Virus record (IMG/VR): IMGVR_UViG_2706794682_000018
Reading direction: 5' to 3' (one strand)
Origin: a virus
Lineage: Duplodnaviria > Heunggongvirae > Uroviricota > Caudoviricetes
DNA length: 16,334 nt
The notes under the pieces were generated by a model. It made no database searches and had not been told where the DNA came from. It saw only the letters and a program-made list of their open reading frames with translations. Numbering within the stretch: position 1 is the stretch's first letter; every line of letters starts with the position of its first letter. This document shows positions 15,099 to 16,334 of the stretch, piece after piece. The translations under genes were made by a program, and so were the position numbers.

Positions 15099-16334
15099 AT
15101 GTCTAAATTACCAACAGGTGTCGAGATTCGAGGTAAATACATTCGCATCTGGTTCATGTTTCGAGGAAAACGATGTCGGGAAACATTGAAAGGCTGGGAG
15201 GTTACTAACAGTAACATTAAAAAAGCCGGGAATTTAAGAGCGTTGATAGTTCATGAAATCAATTCCGGTGAGTTTGAGTATTTAAGACGTTTTCCCCAGT
15301 CCAGCACTGGGGCAAAAATGGTGACAACGAGGGTCATAAAAACGTTCGGGGAGCTTTGTGATATCTGGACAAAAATTAAAGAAACAGAGTTAACAACAAA
15401 CACAATGAAGAAAACGAAATCACAATTAAAAACACTCAGGATAATAATTTGTGAGAGTACTCCGATATCGCATATTCGTTATAGCGATATCTTAAACTAC
15501 CGGAATGAACTGCTGCATGGAGAAACGCTTTACCTGGATAATCCAAGATCCAACAAAAAAGGAAGAACCGTGCGCACAGTTGATAACTATATCGCCCTGC
15601 TCTGTTCGTTGTTACGTTTTGCGTATCAGTCGGGATTTATATCAACCAAACCATTTGAAGGAGTAAAGAAATTACAGAGAAACAGAATAAAGCCTGACCC
15701 GTTATCTAAAACAGAATTCAATGCATTAATGGAAAGTGAAAAAGGACAGAGCCAGAACTTGTGGAAATTTGCCGTATACTCCGGGCTTCGTCACGGGGAA
15801 CTGGCTGCTCTGGCGTGGGAGGATGTGGATTTCGAGAAGGGAGTTGTGAATGTCAGAAGAAACCTGACGATACTGGATATGTTCGGTCCCCCAAAAACAA
15901 ATGCGGGGATCCGGACGGTAACACTACTGCAGCCTGCTCTTGAAGCACTGAAGGAGCAATACAAACTGACCGGGCATCATCGCAAAAGCGAAATCACTTT
16001 TTATCATCGGGAGTACGGCAGAACCGAAAAGCAAAAACTGCATTTTGTTTTCATGCCCAGAGTGTGTAACGGAAAACAGAAACCTTATTACTCGGTAAGC
16101 AGTTTGGGTGCGAGATGGAATGCAGCAGTAAAACGTGCTGGTATTCGCCGCCGTAATCCGTACCATACGCGGCATACTTTTGCCTGCTGGCTGTTGACGG
16201 CAGGAGCGAACCCGGCGTTTATAGCCAGCCAGATGGGGCATGAAACTGCGCAGATGGTGTATGAAATTTACGGTATGTGGATTGATGACATGAACGACGA
16301 ACAGGTAGCCATGTTGAATGCGCGGTTATCGTAG
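15099..16334 (+). CDS. intR: Tyrosine site-specific integrase, 411 aa
   Basis: Catalytic residues in RHGELAALAWEDVD, HTRHTFACWLL and YEIYGMW. TAG stop at 16332-16334 is the last codon of the window, so the attachment site lies outside. Confidence 0.9.
   Translation: MSKLPTGVEIRGKYIRIWFMFRGKRCRETLKGWEVTNSNIKKAGNLRALIVHEINSGEFEYLRRFPQSSTGAKMVTTRVIKTFGELCDIWTKIKETELTTNTMKKTKSQLKTLRIIICESTPISHIRYSDILNYRNELLHGETLYLDNPRSNKKGRTVRTVDNYIALLCSLLRFAYQSGFISTKPFEGVKKLQRNRIKPDPLSKTEFNALMESEKGQSQNLWKFAVYSGLRHGELAALAWEDVDFEKGVVNVRRNLTILDMFGPPKTNAGIRTVTLLQPALEALKEQYKLTGHHRKSEITFYHREYGRTEKQKLHFVFMPRVCNGKQKPYYSVSSLGARWNAAVKRAGIRRRNPYHTRHTFACWLLTAGANPAFIASQMGHETAQMVYEIYGMWIDDMNDEQVAMLNARLS

Larger units (their letters stand above)
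1..16334. mobile_element. Rac-type lambdoid prophage segment, Q antiterminator through integrase; both ends of the element lie outside the window
   Basis: Gene content and order (Q, rusA, DnaC-like, O-like, cro/repressor pair, sieB, recE/recT, xis, int) and two oppositely oriented operons diverging from a repressor/cro intergenic region. Protein lengths match recalled Rac proteins (RecE 866, RecT 269, YdaV 248, YdaU 285, YdaT 140, SieB 162, RacC 91, IntR 411 aa). Confidence 0.85.

Noticed and set aside
1-16334. CRISPR arrays, tRNA or rRNA genes
   Set aside because: No short direct repeats with regular spacers and no tRNA-like cloverleaf or rRNA-like sequence were seen. The only repeats are the hok module duplication, the 90-bp inverted repeat and the operator-like 15-mers.

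Overview
This 16.3-kb window reads as one Rac-type lambdoid prophage from an Escherichia coli-like host, with two N runs (3758-4024, 10154-10403); gene names are from recall and inspection of the ORF track, with no database search run. Minus strand, right to left (early-right-like operon): cro-like ydaS, ydaT, O-like ydaU, DnaC-like ydaV, two uncharacterised ORFs (140 aa HTH, 118 aa Cys/His), a DUF208/QueH-like Cys-rich protein, two tandem hok-family type I toxin modules, a DUF968 (YdfU-like) protein, rusA, and the 5' part of a Q antiterminator running off the window start. Plus strand (early-left-like): racR repressor, ydaG, ydaF, kilR and ydaE (interrupted by the second N run), racC, recE, recT, ralR, ydaC, excisionase and integrase, whose stop codon is the last base of the window. 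sieB sits on the minus strand between ydaF and kilR. The most unusual structure is in the hok region: a perfect 90-bp inverted repeat (2694-2783 / 2916-3005) around a 132-bp spacer, with one arm inside the leader of the intact hokD-like gene, and a second diverged hok module lying 1239 bp away whose coding part is hidden by the first N run. Other points worth follow-up are a conserved ~29-codon small-ORF N-terminus present in both hok modules, a premature TGA in ralR, GAACnnnnAGTACAT operator-like repeats flanking racR, and a prophage-borne QueH-like gene. No rRNA, tRNA or CRISPR array was seen.
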